From Vicugna vicugna (taxonomy: Eukaryota), in the NCBI GenBank assembly GCA_013265495.1, contig MU057880.1:526527-590526 (forward strand): 64,000 nt of DNA, in the 5' to 3' direction. The notes under the pieces are model-generated. The model saw only the letters and a list, made by a program, of their open reading frames with translations, ran no database searches and was not told where the DNA came from. The first letter of the stretch is position 1; every line of letters begins with the position of its first letter. The position numbers and the translations under genes are program-made. Positions 39,681 through 52,460 of this stretch are shown here, in pieces.

Positions 39681-40479
39681 ATACATATTTATGTTATTTA
39701 TACACACACACACACCCCTCCTACAGACACACATATGCATCTCCACAATTTTTCTTCAAGGTACTATAAAAGACTTTTCAGAGGATTTTTGTTAGTTTCA
39801 GTGGCTTTGAGTTTTTTGGCAAAATTCAAGACTCGAATCAGAAAAGCAGTAACTCTACTTTGACCAAACAACAACCAGCCTTAGGGACAAAGAAGAGTTG
39901 AGTTTGATGACTGAACTGTACCACAGTAATTTAGCAATGAAGTGATAGGGCCTGTGGGTCAAAGAACTAGAAGACAGGCAGGAGTGGTCAACAAACGCTG
40001 AAGAAATATCGTAAACCAGTTTTGAAGAGTCAGTTATACCGACATTTTCCTTTCACCCAGCATTATCCCATTTTTAGTTTATTCCTGGCTGTAAGATAGA
40101 GGGTCCCCCACTGTGTCTCCACTTATTCATGGGGAAGGAGAGACAGACAGAGACAGAGACACACACGCACATCTCTGCTGCCCACTCCTCTTCCAGATAC
40201 TTGCCGGACGCACACGACAGAACCAGGGTAAGCTGTGCGATCAACCCAGAGCTCACAAGGAACTCACGAAACAGAAAATGCTTTCAAATCGCTTGTATTC
40301 TACAGAAGGTGAGTGCACAGAGGCCGTGGTAACAGGCAGGATCGTGAGCCCTGTGACGTTCATAAACAGAAGGTCACATTTGCTTTCTAAATGCAACTCA
40401 GAAACAAAATGGACTTCTTGAACATCAGCATTGAGGAAAAAAACAGGAAATCGTACAGTACAGGGTCTCTCGGCCTTTC

Positions 40480-40915
40480 TTCGTGCAGTCTCACGCCTGA
40501 AAGCCTGCCACAGTCCAAGGCGCTCCACCAAAGGGCCTCAGCCATCTCTAGCGGGTGACCGCAGCACGTCTGACGCACGCCGTCCGGCTGCCCCGGAGAA
40601 CTGTCCCTCGGGTTCAGTCTGCGTCTCCGAAGGGAACAGGCCGAGCCGCCCTCCCTGACGGGGCGGGCGGGATGCCCACGACCACAGGTGGACGCCGCAG
40701 CGCGGGGCCGGCCCCTGCTCTCGCCTCCCTCAGCAGCCGTCTCCACACTCGGCCACACACGCGCTCCGGTCCCCGGCGAGCTCGACGCGCAAGGACGGAC
40801 CTCCGGACCCGCTCGGGGCGTCCCCACGGAGCATCCCACACCCCCGCGGGGCGCGAGCCAGCGATGGGCCCCGGGCTGCGCTGACAGGTGGGTTCTCACT
40901 CACTGGCCCGCGGAG
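40480..40915. promoter_or_regulatory. Intronic CpG island-like segment
   Basis: High GC, roughly 40 or more CpGs by eye in about 430 bp, GC box (ggggcgggcggg near 40660), within AT-rich flanks. Confidence 0.65.
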
Positions 40916-42877
40916 TGAAAAAGGCACCATCAGCTTTTGTCATTCACAAGGCAATTCCAATTCAGCAGAATTACAAATGGCCATCAGAAGCTCGAGGGCT
41001 ACCCTGGAACTGGCGCAGATTTGAATGTCAAATCTATAAAAACCGAGTCTCTGCAGGCAGCTGCTGTCAGAACGTCAACTACCAGAACATCTGCTTCTTT
41101 GAAACGGCACTCACGACACTACATACCAAGATAAACAAAGATATTTTTAAAATTTAAACTCCTTCATTTTTAAAGGGACATAGCTGATTTTTTAACTTTT
41201 GGATTTAAATGTTTTAAAAGTAACTCTGTCTTCTGATACTTTTGGTCATTCTAGGTACACACACATTTGTGTCTAAGACACAAATATTAACACATATATA
41301 AGAACTATCTTTCAAAACAAAGATACAGCTAACAATTATCAATGAGACTTGGTCTGAATATTTAAAAACCTGTTAGCCCTTTCTATACTTGACGCCAGCC
41401 TTTCACAAAAGGCCATAAAGTTAGAAAGAGATAGGAAGAAATGGAGAATATGGTATTTGTTTTTTAAAAATGCTGATAAGTCTTCTGATTCTACACAGTG
41501 TGAACATTTAATTGCTATAGTCCATTTAAATCCTTCTAAATTGTTCTGAAAAGGCACAGTGGATAGATAGCTTGGCTTCCAACTATTAACGCCACGTAAT
41601 TTCAGAATGTCCTTATAATCTCTCATGAAACAAACAAAGGTGACAACTAAAAGTGATGCAGGCTCACTTGGGGTCAATCTATTTAAAAACAAAAAAGAGC
41701 TAACCTCACAGCCAATGGTAGATGAAAAGGCCACTTGCAGCTAACAAGCAGATTTATTCCTAAATAAATTTATTCCCTCGGGAAAACTAATGTAGGAATG
41801 GCTGCTCCGAAACTATTTAGCAATCCTGACTTTCATTCCCGTCAAAGTAGGTTTTTGTACAGAACAAGTCAGAAATTGAGAATTACAAAATTGTTCCTAA
41901 AGTTGAAACAAAGTTCCCTATTTTTAGTGGTGCAAAACAGAATGGCTTGACAGTACCAAAAACATGCACACAAAAAATTACTAACGGTAGTCTTCTACAT
42001 TAATGTAAAATAGAGAAAGACTTTGGTAGCCTGATAAACTTTCTTTCAAGTTCAAGGCTCACCACAAGCAAGCACCAACATCTGCAAACGTGAAGTCTTA
42101 CCTAGTTTCCAAAAGCGCCCACAGGCTGTGATTCACCGGGCAGGGCGCTGCAGGCGCTCCCTGAGATGAGGCCCCCCTGCCCTGCGTGTCTGTGGCCACA
42201 TTTTCCCACCCAAGCTGAGTCAAGAGCACTTCCTACCGGTGTGAGTTTCCAGGAAAGGCCATCGCTGAGCACAGAGGCCTCCTCTCCCAGTGTCCCTAAA
42301 CTTGCCCTTTGTCCGGGCCTCCACATTCTTGGTGGACGTCAGAACTGCCCAGCGGAATGCAATGCCTCAGTGTTGGAATGTAAACTTTTTCATGTCAGCC
42401 TTTACCCAGCAGTCAAACTGATTATACTGGCGGGCGATCCCAGCTTGCAAAATGATTAACATTTTAATACCCCAAGACACCAGTGTTTCATATCTTTATT
42501 TGTAGGAAATGATCAGCAGTTACTGAAAGGTGCTCTCCTCCCTAAAAAAAATATCTAAGTAAATGACTGGGCTGATGCTCCTAAGCCAAGACCAGTGGAT
42601 TTGTTTAGGACTTATAAAAAAATAATCCACCCGACACTGTCTCTAGACAGCAGAACAGAGGTTAACACGAAGGAAAAACACTTGGAACAAGTCACTGCTG
42701 GTGTCCTCAATCCCATGGTCAAAAATCAGTAGAATACATAGGAATAAATTTTAAGGGAAGAGGAAAGTGGTTTGAAAGACACCATAAAAATGCATTTCAC
42801 TTTTTTTTTTTTTTACAATTTTGTCCTCACTCATTAGTTTAACAAACAAAAAGGAACAGCTACTTAAAAACATAAGC

Positions 42878-43025
42878 GGTGGGAGGGAGGGTGTAGCTCA
42901 GTGTTAGAGAGTGTGCTCAGCATGCATGAGGTCCTGGGTTCAATCCCCAGTACCTCCACTAAAAATGATAAATAAATAACCCTAATTACCTCCCCCTCGA
43001 AAATAAAAACGAACAACTAATTAAA
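42878..43025 (+). mobile_element. Vic-1-type SINE
   Basis: gggtgtagctcagtg...gaggtcctgggttcaatccccagtacctcc...cctaattacctccccc. Confidence 0.85.
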
Positions 43026-43433
43026 TAATTATTAAAAATCCATATACACATCAAGTAGTCATATAAGCTGTGTGTGTGTGTGAATTACAAGCCATCCCTG
43101 AGCACAGCCTGGAATAGACTCAGTTCAAAGTAACCACGTGGGACAACTAACCACGTGGCCTGTTTCACCACCATCACCCTGCACAGATGAACTGAGCCTG
43201 CTCCTCCAAACAGCGAGTCTCAGCACTTAACCTCTGCTCCCACAGAGTGCAGGCAAGAAATGACAGGCGAACGTCTCTGAGCTGTGTCCCCCTACTTCAT
43301 TCCTCAGTAGCCTGCTATCTGTTTGACTACAGAGAAGCCCTAAACGTTGGATATTTCTGCCCTTAACATTTCAATTCCTTTAAAAAAGAATCTAACCTGC
43401 ACTGTCCTCAGTCTCTCTGCAGCACCAGGTCCA

Positions 43434-43560
43434 GCCCTGGCCCTACCCTCTCCCCAGGAACCCCCCCTCCCCAGGACCCCCTCTTCCCCAGGAAGGCCCC
43501 CTCCTCAGGACTCAGGATCCCCCCCTCCCCAGAGCTGCCCCCTCCCCAGGACCCCACTCC
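43434..43560. repeat. C-rich degenerate minisatellite (unit about cccctccccagga)
   Basis: About six imperfect copies; G-rich on the minus strand. Confidence 0.8.
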
Positions 43561-45004
43561 TGGTGCGGAGCCCACATTCCTTCCGCCTCCTGATTTCCTG
43601 CTTCGAAGGCCCTCCGTGTGGCCACAAATCCGCATACCAGCCCGGTGACCTCAGCAGCGGCCTGACAGCCACCCTTGATCGATCCCTGGGAACTCATCAC
43701 CCACTCTCCCTCCTAAGTCAAGGGCAGGAGGGAAATCGGAAGTGTCGGCTCCTCTCCCAGTCTCCGAGGTCAAATGCTCAGATGTGCCCAGCCACGCAGT
43801 TTCGTTAGTAAAACATGCCTGAGCTGCACCCCACACGGCTCTCCAGCACAGGGATGCCCAACTGTATACCTGGCTTGAAGGATGACTGTGGGAAAGACTA
43901 GCATAGATTTAAATCGAAACAACGTGGGAAAAGTTGAAAGAGGCGACTTTGGCTCTTATTTTCCCTCCAAGAGAAACAAGGCGCTCTTACCTCGGCTATG
44001 TGGGGTGAAGAGGGCAAGCAGGTTTTCTCTCTTGCCACACACAACCTAACCAGCGAAGAACAGCCGTGTGATGATGACTACACTTTGGTGGTGTCTGTCC
44101 TCGTGACCAACGGCTGAGAACAGCTCAGCTGAATTGATCTGCCACTAGCAGTCCACTCAGTGGCACAAACGGGTCTCTGCTGAGCACAGGGCTTTGGGCA
44201 CAGAGGGCAGCTGACCGGCCGGTCTAAAAGTCATGGTCCATAGCAGCTCTCCCCTTCAGCATTTAGACACACGCCTTCTCCACGACGCCTTGCTTAAATG
44301 TTCCCCATTTTACTGGGCAAAGCCCACCATGCATGAGTTGAAGAGACAAGGAAAGCCTGGCTCTAATGTCTGATTTTTTTAATGACCTGATTTTTATAAA
44401 GTTCATTAGAGGTAAAATAAACCATCACGTTAAACAATCGAACAGATCCACATAACTTGTTAATGAGAAAAGTTGTACATAGTATCAAGTGAATGGGTTG
44501 GATTGGCCTTTAACCAGCAAAACCTGAATCGATCTCAAGAAATACTGAAACATCTCAAATAATGGCAACCAAATATGTGATATTCCTTAAAGGCTTATAC
44601 AAATGGCACCGAAACCCCACCTCCAGCCTCCCCCAAATCCGGCATACACCACAGAAGCCAAAATAGCACGCACGTTTTTGGAAGACAGGACCTAAACCGT
44701 AATTCAGGCTACTTATATAATACTGCATCCATAAAATTCTTGAACTTAAAAGAGCGTATTTCCAAGAAAGGAAAAGTATAAACGCACATAGATATGTAAT
44801 CTCTTACAACGATATCAAGCAATAACATGTCACTTTAATTCATCTGAATGAAATGTGGACATTTCTCACAAGCCATATTTGTTTCCTCTTGTTTTATAAA
44901 TAACTGGTTCCTTCCAAGTTTACCAACAAGTTTCCCTGGCAATACTGTCAAACCTGTTTCAGCTCTGCCCTTACAGACTGAGGTAGCTCAAAACCCACTA
45001 TGTA

Positions 45005-48000
45005 TCATCAAAAAATACTATACTTAGGAATATATTTCGTGAAGGCTGTGCATGACCTGTAAACTAAAAGCTACAAAGGGGGACTTAAGCCTACAGAGGC
45101 TGATGATAATGGACCTAAACGAATTATGAAATATACCACATTCACAGTTTGCAAGGCTCCGTATCGTTAAGGCAGTAAACCTTCCCAAATTGATCTATAC
45201 ACTCAATGCAAACCCAATCAAACCTAACAAGATTTGACACTGATAAGCTGATTTGAAAATTTACATGGAAAGGCAAGGACATAGAAGAGCTAAAATGATC
45301 TGGATAAAGAACAAAATTTATACTGTATGACTTCAAAAGTTACTGCAACGCTACACAAATGAAGACAATGTGGTATTGGTGTAAGAATTGATACGTAGAT
45401 CAACAAAACAAAGGATGGAGTCCAGAAATAGATCTGAAAAAATATGGTCTATTCTTTTTTTTTTCATGGAAGTATAGTTGACTTACAATGTTGTGTTAGT
45501 TTCCAGTGTACAGCATAGTGATTCAGTTATACATATACATATATATATATATATATATTCTTCTTTATATTCTTTTTCATTACAGGTTATTACAAGATAT
45601 TGAATATTGCTCCCTGTGCTGTACAGTAGGTCCTCGTTTTTCTGCTTTATATATAGTAGTCTATATCTGCTAATCCCAAATTCCTAATTTATCCACCCCC
45701 CTATCCTTTCCCCTTTGGTAACCATAAGTGTGTTTTCTGTCTGTGAGTCTGTTTGTTCTGTAGATAGGTTCATTTGTGTCCTTTTTTTCGCTTCCACATG
45801 ATATCATATGGTGCTTGTCTTTCTCTTTCTGGCTTACTTCTCTTAGAATGACGATCTCCAGGTCCATCCATGTTGCTGCAAATGGCATTATTTCACTCAC
45901 TTTTATGGCTGAGTAGTATTCCATTGTAGAAATATACCACGACTTTTTTAACCAGTCATCCGACAATGGACATTTAGGTTGCTTCCAAGTCTTAGCTATT
46001 GTATTTATTGTTCATGAACTTCTGAGCGATGGTCATTCTGACTGGTGTGAAGTGATACCTCATTGTAGTTTTGATTTGCATTTCTCTGATAATTAGCAAT
46101 AGCAAGCATCTTTTCATGTGCCTATTGGCCACCATATGTCTTCAGTGGAGAATTGCTTGTTAGGTCTTCTGCCCATTTTTGGATTGGGTTTTTTGTTGTT
46201 GTTGTTGTTATTAAGTTGTATGAGCTGTTTGTGTACTGTAGAAATTAAGCCCTTGTTAGTTGCATCATTTGTAAATATTTTCTCCCATTCTGTAGGTTGT
46301 CTTTTTGATGGTTTGTGGTTTCCTTTGCTATGCAAATGCTTTTAAGTTCAATTTGGTCCCATTTGTTTATTTTTGCTCTTATTTCTATTGCCTGGGTAGA
46401 CTGCCCTAGGAGAACATTGCTAAGGTTAATGTCAGAGAATGTTTTGCCTATGTTTTCTTCTAAGAGGTTTACTGTGCCTTGTCTTATGTGTAAGTCTTTA
46501 AGCCATTTTGAGTTTATTTCTGTGTATGGTGTGAGGGAGTGTTCTAGCTTCACTGATTTACATGCAGCTGTCTGGTCTTCCCAACACCACTTGCTGAAGA
46601 GACTGTCTTTTCTCCACTGCATATTCTTGCCTCTTTTGTTGAAGATTAATTGACCATAAGTCTGTAGGTTTATTTCTGGGCTCTATTCTGTTCCATTGAT
46701 CCATATGTCTGTTTTTGTACCAATACCACACTGTGTTGATTACTGTAGCTCTGTAGTATTGTCTGAAGTCTGGGAGGGTTATTCCTCCAGCTTCATTCTT
46801 TTTCTTCAATATTGCTTTAGTAATTCTGGGTCTTCTGTGATTCCATAAAATTTTAGGATTATTTGTCTTAATTCTGTAAAAAATGTCCTGGGTAATTTGG
46901 TAGGGATCACGTTAAATCTGTAGATTGCTTTGGGTAGTATGGCCATTTTAACAATATTAATTCTTCCAACATGGGATCTCTTTCCATTTCTTTAAATCAT
47001 CTTTAATTACCTTTAACAATGGTTTACCGTTTTCAGTGTTTAAGTCTTTCACCACCTTGGTCAGGTTTATTCTTAAGGTTTTTGTTTTTTGTTTTTGTTT
47101 TTTGGTGTGATTTTAAAAGGGATTTTTTAAATTCTCCTTTTCTGCTATTTCATTGTAATGTAAAGAAATCTAACACGTTTCTGTGTGTTAATCTTGTATC
47201 CTGCTACCTTGCTGAATCTGTTTATCAGCTCTAGTAGTTTTTGTGTGGTGGGCTATTGACTTTTAACAAATATGCCAAGGCAATTTAGTGGGTAAAAAAT
47301 ATTCTTCTCAATAAATGGTTCTGGAACCACCGAGTACCTGTATGGAAAAACATAAGCCAAACCTGAACCCTTACACCTCATACCATACACCAAAATCAAA
47401 TCAAAATGGATCTCAGGCCCAAATGGAAAAGCTAAAACTATTAAATTTCTAGAAGAAAAACAAGAGGAAACCTTTATAACATCAAGTTAAGAAAAGACTT
47501 CTTAAATAGGACACCAAAAGTACAAATTATAAAAGAAAACAGACATAACAGACTTCACTGAAGTGGAAAATTTTTGCTTTGAAAAGACAATTTGGAAGAA
47601 AAAGACAAGCCACAGATTGGACAAAAAGTTTCACAAAATATATCCAAAGAAGGAACTGTACTCGGAACACAACTCACAAATAAAACAGTCAATTCAATTT
47701 TTCGAATGGTCAAAATCCAATTTAAAATTTTTTTTTGTTTTAAGTGGGTGAACTAACACTTCACCAAAGATACATGAATGACCAATTAACACATGAAAAA
47801 CTTCTCAACGACACTCGTCTTCAGAGAAACACATAATAAAAGCACCGTGAGATCACCACCACATATCTGCCAGAACGGCTACATTAGAAAGACGGACAAT
47901 ACTAAGTACTGGAGAAGATGTGGAGCAACCAGAATGCCTGAAATTTTCTGCTAGTGGGAGTACAAAATGCCACAGCCACTGAAAACAGTGCAAGTTTCTT

Positions 48001-48140
48001 ATAAAGTTAAACATACACTAACCACATAACCCAGCAGTTCCACTCCCATGCATTTATTCAAGAAGTCATGAAAACAGATGTCCACAGAAACAAATGTTCA
48101 TGAACGCTGACAGAAGCCCCCAAACTGGAAGCAACCCAAA
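45005..48140 (+). mobile_element. Old L1 ORF2 remnant split by a younger opposite-strand L1
   Basis: ORF2-like sequence at 45005-45453 resumes at about 47249 (tatggtcta|ttgacttttaacaaa). Confidence 0.8.
45455..47248 (-). mobile_element. Younger 5'-truncated L1 (ORF2 end plus 3'UTR)
   Basis: ORF2 peptides (GGITLPDFRQYYRATV, QWRKDSLFSKWCW, MPFAATWMDLE); poly(T) at 45455; flanking tgg(t/g)ctatt. Confidence 0.92.
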
Positions 48141-49671
48141 CCATTATCTGCAAGTTATGTTTCGTAAAACCTTAATACTACCTCACTTACAAAATGCAAC
48201 AGGAAAACTTATGCAATCCGGCATCCCCTTCATGTAGGAATCGGCAAGATACTGCACGGCATGTTTAAAATAAAACGAGAGAATTCTACACCAGAATGGG
48301 CAGTAAAACAACATTTAAGTTGTCAATGTCAGTCTGTACAGCCTTCTGACCCTGTAAGCACCTCTTTTTCATATTCACCCTATTTACCTATCCCTCCACC
48401 CTACCCCCACCCCCAAAGCGTTCCAGGTGACTCAGTGTCCAGATTCTCTCTCTCTCTCTCCATACTTCCTGTAGCTCCCCCTGTCTGGCAAAGCACGAAC
48501 TACACCATGCCCTAACGCCAAAAATACTCACTTCACCTCAGATACCCACTCACCTCAAGGCCCTAGATTTGGTTACAGCTGTCAAAGGTATTCCACCACC
48601 AGACAGGCAAGTTCAAAGCATTCTTTATCTCATTGTTTCTCTTCTCTGTAATTTCATTACAATACATCAGTCAGTCCTAAATGACTCTGACCTGTGCCCC
48701 ACCAACTTCTATGTCCATGAAAACACTAGTCAGGCCCTGGGCCTTGGCACACCAAGGTCCCTGGTGCCAGCTTTCCAGAATCCCCCAAGACCCTCTCAAT
48801 GATCTTAACACTTCAGTGGTTATACACTGATTGTCTCATCAGTTCAAACCTGACTGACAACCTGCCTGTGAGCTCTGAAAATGAGAGTGGGAGGTCCAGC
48901 CAGACTGCAGTGACTGGACTCTCCAGGGCCTGGGCCTCAGGGCTGCACCCACCCTAAGCCAGTGTACCCAGTAACAAGCCCAGGTTGGAAACCTCTGCCT
49001 TGGTCACCCGCCTCTCCTAGCCTTGCCCCACGTCATCTCCTAGCCATCTTTACTGTCAAACACAAGGACCCTACTCCAGTGTCTTTTCCACTTATTGTCC
49101 CACAAGCACATCCCTAGAAAAGTTAAAACATCCCTCTTGTGCTTGAGTCGTTTTCAGGAAGCTCTTCTCCACTATGTTTGAAGGACTGTAATCATCCATA
49201 TTCTGACACAGATAATGGGGGGGGGTGAGGGGGGAACGGACCCCTGCTTTAGCCACAATGATGTTTCCATACACAAAATTAACCATATTTATACAAACTG
49301 TATATAGCTAACTATTTATAAAATTAACATACAAAAGTTTACTCACTCTGTATCAATTATACCTCAACTGCATTAAAAATTCACTTAAATAGGATAGTGA
49401 TTATAAAACCTGGAAGACCCTATTCACAGATAACTCTTTACTCTGTGTTTCCAAAGATACATAACAAGCTGAACTCCAAGATCAGGTGACAAAGTGGTAG
49501 GCTGAAACAGTCTCAAGATTCTGAATAACAATTAATAATTATTTTAGACTATATAAACTACCATGGCAGCAGAAAACTCTGAGACAGATATATACATCCT
49601 GGAATACAGATGATTTAGCTTGATGAGAGAAAAGTTTTCCTATTTGCACAACTGAATTAAGTATGAATACA

Positions 49672-49953
49672 TTTTTTTAAATTGAAGTTTAGTTGATTTA
49701 CAATGTTGTGCTAGTTTCTGGCGTACAGCAAAGGGATTCAGAGATAGATAGATATATACATACATATATATGTATATATGTATGTATATATCTCACACTT
49801 TTTACTATTATGATTTACTATAGGATACTGAGTATAGTTCCCTGTGCTATACAGGAGGACCTTGTTGTTTATCTATTTTATATATAGTAGTGTGTGTCTG
49901 CTAATTCCAAACTCCTAATTTACCCTTCACCCACCACCCACCTTTGGTTCACA
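49672..49953 (-). mobile_element. L1 3' terminal fragment
   Basis: ttgaagtttagttgatttacaatgttgtg...gttccctgtgctatacag...ccaaactcctaatttaccc. Confidence 0.8.
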
Positions 49954-52420
49954 AGGGTGCATTCAGAAAACCACCACTAGGCATACATATATATACTTAA
50001 ATATATTTCATGTATACTTAAATACTTAATGGTGGTTTTCTAAATGCACCCTAATGAGCCAAAAAATAATAATAAAAATAAAACCTAGGAAAGTGTTTTG
50101 ACAGATTTTGACCATCGCCCCAATTTTTAACATTATCTGAAAATGTTTAATAGCAAAAGTTATCTTAATGAAACTGAGACACTAAGCAGTTTATAGTCAT
50201 AAAATGTAAAGTAAGCCATCAATAGAACAGAAGGTAAAAACTGTCCTTAAATATCTGACTCAAAAAATATCTCAGATAAAGGTAGAACTAAGAATATCTA
50301 GATCTGGAACAGATTAAACATTCAATACCAGACATTATATTTTATATTTAATTATAAAAATACCTAATTCCTATACATGAAGCCATTCATGTGTGGCAAA
50401 AGTAAGAAACACCTAAGGCAACACGTAATTTTTAATATTTTTGAACTCACAGTAATAAATAATAAATGTTAAGCAGATAGCTTTCAAACTCAGGTTAAGT
50501 TTATTTAAACACTAACGTGTAACAGTGATCTACATGCCTAAGCTATTGTCTCACTTTATTTTAACTATTTAATTCTTGAAGTATGTTTAAATGACTTTTA
50601 GTAAATTGTTCAACAATACTAAAAAAAAAGTGGGGTACGTAATACAGAATAAAGTCATTTTCTTTAACAATCAAACATACGATTTTGTTTATTATATATA
50701 GTATATGCCTGTATATTATATATGTAATTTTATACTCATAGTAATACTTATTTATAAATATATAATTCAGTTCATAGTAAAATAAAAGCGGGTCCCTGAA
50801 ATTAACTGAAATTTTTATTTTAATAAAGACATTCCAATTCCACCAAGTATAACTGGTTTCATACATTAATCTCTCTTAGCAATAGCCTTACTCTTTTTTA
50901 TTTTGTCAGCGTTCCCAATACTGAAAAGTATGTTTCTTGAAATGAAAACAAATTTCGTTGCTACGCATTTTAAGACACTGTGAGCTCATACGGGTGACAC
51001 AGTAATTGCCACACCCTCCAAACCAAGCTTTCCCCCAAATAACTGTGCACAACCACGGGCTAGGAGTGCCTTCCCACTTGGCAGAAAACACCTCCAGCAT
51101 TTTACAGAGAAAAAAATACTGTATTTCGCCACACACACACATGTCAGACTTTAAAATCTTTATGAAATACAATATTCCTTTGGCCAGAGAAATTCAAACA
51201 TCACTGCAAATAAGGACCTCCGGGGTGAGCTCCCACAGGCACTTACACAAGGACCACAGATGACAGGCTCCCTGGCTGAAGACTGCAAGCGGCAGGTGCC
51301 CTGTGGAACCAGGTCCACTTTACACACAGAGACACCAGAGATCTTCCCTTCAAGGCTACTTTGTTGGGACACCACCAGCGCCCCTATTCCGAGGACCAGG
51401 AAGCCTGACTTGCAGGCACAGCACACCTGCGGTGCTGTAGTCATAGCAACCAAATTCCCAACTCAATCCGGCCACTGAGCTCCCTCCCCAGGGAGGGCTC
51501 TGCTCTGCGCAGAGGGAGTCACACGGGAAGGTGACTGGAAAGGGGCAGGTGTGGTCTAATGGGTGCTAAAATCACGTCCGCCCTCCAGGATGAAGACGTT
51601 CGGTACAGAAGCAGCTAAAAATACCACCGGCGGAATGTTTCAGTATATTCCGCGGTGCCTTTTACCCGAATTCACCGTCTTCCTGTAACTTAGACTCCTA
51701 CCCCCCTCCTTTCAAACTGAACACAGGATACACTTCTATCACGCCCAGAACTCTCCCTCCAGGTCAAGCCAAGTCACCATCAGCTCCAGTCAAACCAAGC
51801 TCACCTTTGTTTTGATTTCTATTTGCCTTATTTGGAGCTCTTTCCTAGCATTTCTTTAAAATCTTAAGACACATGTTTACTTTATTTGGGTGTGTATCGG
51901 GGGAACACCTGTACGTGAGTCAAGCTCCGGCAGGAGGAGAAGAGGACAGAAGAGGGAGGAGAAGAGGGTCCAGGAAGGAGAGACACTGACAGAGGAGGAG
52001 AGCGGGAGGGAGACCAGAACGTGTGGGTAACACAGCCGCTGGCCCCCACTCCAGCATCCATCCCCTTTCCCCTTAGCAGGCTTTATCTCGTTACTTTTAG
52101 GGGCACAGCACATCTCAGAATACAAGCCCCGCAGGCAGGACGGCTGGGCTTGGCCGGGAAGCCGTGCCCTGAACTGAGGCTGAACAGAAGCGCTGGGCAG
52201 GGCAGACGGATGGGAGCCTGGACCGTCCTGGACGTGGACCTCCCAGATTCTCTCATGCGGGAGAAAACGTTGCTCCCGCTGTGCGCAAGCAACTGTCTTA
52301 TGCGACCAAAATGAACTGTAATTAACACAGTGAGCAAACGACACCCGGGAAAACGCCGCCTGCCCTCTCCCTCGGCTGCACCTGCATGGATGGAGCAGGG
52401 CCATCCTCGGGCCCCCGGAC

Positions 52421-52460
52421 GCCTTCCTCTGGACACCGCTGCCTTCCTCTGGACACCGCT
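52421..52460. repeat. Perfect 20-bp tandem duplication
   Basis: gccttcctctggacaccgct x2. Confidence 0.9.

Noticed and set aside
42095..42326. Strong donor TAG|gtaaga at the end of a 74-aa ORF (another strong donor near 43990)
   Set aside because: No clear matching acceptor or homology; isolated donor motifs are expected by chance.
46114..46809. ORFs resembling reverse transcriptase/ORF2 (also 13162-14158, 38636-39525, 54974-55836)
   Set aside because: Frameshifted, truncated L1 ORF2 remnants, not host genes.
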